Source: Felis catus
Taxonomy: Eukaryota
Direction: 5' to 3'
DNA: 64,000 nt
Assembly: GCF_018350175.1 (NCBI RefSeq)
Contig: NC_058383.1
Span: forward strand, 12,648,001 to 12,712,000
Part shown: piece after piece, positions 61,651 through 64,000 of the stretch
Position numbering within the stretch: the first letter of the stretch is position 1
How the letters are laid out: each line of letters starts with the position of its first letter
Program-made: the position numbers and the translations under genes
The notes under the pieces: generated by a model
The model's input: only the letters and a program-made list of their open reading frames with translations
What the model was told of the DNA's origin: nothing
The model's database searches: none

Positions 61651-63483
61651 AAGATGAAGGCAAAGACCCGAATAATCATTGTAATACGTGTATTTCATTA
61701 TGGACTTTTCTCAAGCCATATTTTTATCTGTTTACAAAAGTAATACATATTCATTATAATAAGCTTGGAAAACATATAAATAAAAAGAAGAAAACAAGTC
61801 ACTTATAATACCACTACCAAACACCACCTTTAAGAATCTGGTGCATTAATTTGTTTTGCTTTATGTAAATGCATACATTAATGGCCAAAAAGAAAAAAAG
61901 AAAAAAAGACATAGTCCTGTTCTTGCTATATTATAACCTGCTTTTCAGGTCATATTTCACCCACCTTTTCCCAAAGCGCGAGTCCCACAATAGCTGATTT
62001 AATGGCTGCACATACCCTCTTTGTGCATGTACTAGAACTTCCTTAAAGGGTCTCAAATTCTGCGATGTCAAGGCGGTGTCTAGCTTTTTACTACTACGAT
62101 GCTCTTTGTCCAAACAGATTTAACCCAATCATGATTATCTCCCTAGAATAAATTTCTAGAACAAGATACGAATTGCGGCCTCAGTCATTGAATGCAAACA
62201 GCGCTGTTAATGCACTTCAACAATCAAAATGCAACTAGATTAGAGCAAGGACAGGCTTATTCTGTCCTTTCCTACAGGGCCTTCTTTCCTTCCAAACACG
62301 TCCCCTTCTCCTTCTACCTTCCTGTTATGTTATTAAGAGAACAGCCCTAACTCTACCATTGGTTTATCCGGGAAACAATGGTGCCCACTCCCCAGATAGC
62401 CCTGGATACAGTTGAGGTAATCCGTTGGCCAGATTTTATAAATTCGTATCCTTTTAAAGACAGGATTGCTTTCTGAGTTGCTGACTCAAGGGAACATTCC
62501 TTTGAAGGTAAAAGATCTATTAACATATAAAAGAACAGTACACCTGGGCAAATCACCCATCAACTCAGATAATCTGTCTTCCTGAAAAACTACTTAACAC
62601 TATATAAAAGTTCACTGCTAAAATCCCAATGGGTTTGACCTATTTGGGTTCCTTCAGTGATGAGAAAGGCTCATTGATCGTGAAAACCTAAAAAGCCTGG
62701 GATCTTAATAAGGAAAGATGGGAAGCCACTGACAAAGGAAGTTGTGATTGGAGTTCGGGATCAATTCAGTTCCAGCCTGTTTGAGAAAAGCGAATTTATG
62801 GCAGAAAACTATGATTAATTTCAGAATAAACAATATAATGACTCGAGTGCGTTATTAGTGACTAGAGAGAGGAAAGCACACTTAGTAGAAGATGACTTAT
62901 TCAGGCATATAATTCTCTCCTAAGCTCAGTAAAGTTAAGTGTGGCAAAAATGCCAGAAACAGCTTTGCAATTGGAATATGCAATTTAAAATAAGTAAAGA
63001 TTACTCCCAGGTAGTTTATTGCTTTAACTACATCGAGGCATGTCCCTGTAGCAGACAGTATAATGACTCCCATTTCATTTTTGGTTTGTGCCAAATATCT
63101 TCAGTTAGTTTTGCTTTATTGGCTTCATGCAATTTATTGCAGCACTAGAATACGATTGTAATGCAACTAGTATTTCAGTTTTATCTTCCACTGGTAATTT
63201 TTCTTCTTTATGGTGACTATACTGTCTGCATTAATACAAGCCATAGAAATTATACAGTGCGCAAACTTGTTTTCAGCAGGTCCCTTTCTTGTGAAGAGCA
63301 GAACCCTAAGAGCCAACTCCCATAACATGGTGATCACCAAGTATTTGCCAGAGGAGAAGCAACGTGTATAACAGCATTTCCAACTCCATAAAGTGATTTA
63401 TTCGACCAAGAATTACTAGAAAGCCTAATTTTCCCATGGATTCAAAAAGAGGCAAAAAGTTTTTTAAGATCTTCTAAGTACTC

Positions 63484-63687
63484 TTTTTCTTTGAGAGAGA
63501 GAGAGAGAGAGAGAGAGCGCCCACGCATGAGAGGGCCAGAGGGAGAGAGATACTCCTAAGCAGGCTCCCTGCTCAGTGAAGAACCCAACGCAGGGCTTGA
63601 CCCGGGGCTCGATCCCAAGACCCGGGGATCAAGACCCAAGCCGAAATCAAGAGTCAGACACTCAACCAGCTGAGCTGCCCAGAAACT
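63484..63687 (-). mobile_element. Can-SINE (older SINEC)
   Basis: reverse SINEC with (GA)n; TSD ctaagtactctt / ctaagtattctt. Confidence 0.9.
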
Positions 63688-64000
63688 CCTAAGTATTCTT
63701 AAATGCAAACCCAGTGCCAAAGGTGGTAACATTTGGGGAAGACGAGAACCCATAAGATATTCTTCAAAACTACGTTTATTTAGCCTGCTCTAGATTTATT
63801 GATTTGGCCAAACTTCGCACCACTGTAATCTGCTAGGGAATCATTTAACTATTTCCAATTTGCTGGAAGTTGGCTAAGAAATGTGCCAAGTAGGATTTTA
63901 CCTAGAATTAGAGCAGATCAGTAATATCCATCATCACATTAAGGGCAGTTTTCGATGTAAGGAAGAAAGAGGACTGGGTTTTCCAGTCCTGAAAGCACCT

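Overview
This is a mammalian window from a carnivore, most likely a felid. It carries about 30 tRNA-derived Can-SINE/SINEC copies, several with the young feline-type motif 'ggctctgggctgatggctc', plus carnivore L1 3' ends. I can support no protein-coding exon, prokaryotic gene, CRISPR array or operon. Most ORFs are SINE, LTR, L1, low-complexity or N-gap artefacts, and the remaining short ORFs have no recognisable domain. The window reads as intergenic or deep-intronic DNA dense in ancient repeats (MIR, L2, L3, L1M, MLT1, MER5A/20/63/91, MER21, MER34-like) with younger insertions on top, and nine short N gaps. The most notable structures are: (1) a U6 snRNA-L1 chimeric retrocopy at ~8404-8563; (2) an intact 846-bp TA-flanked pogo/Tigger-type non-autonomous transposon at 19854-20699; (3) a 4x49-bp tandem amplification of a CCAAT + E-box module inside an MLT1 LTR at ~24091-24289; (4) a multi-layer nested TE stack with a deletion junction at ~11140-15460; (5) a SINE with an atypical body; (6) a strong CTCF-like site; (7) several repeat-free, TF-motif-dense blocks that look like conserved enhancers. 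I found no convincing new biological system. Repeat family names come from recalled consensus motifs, not an alignment, and boundaries without TSDs are approximate.
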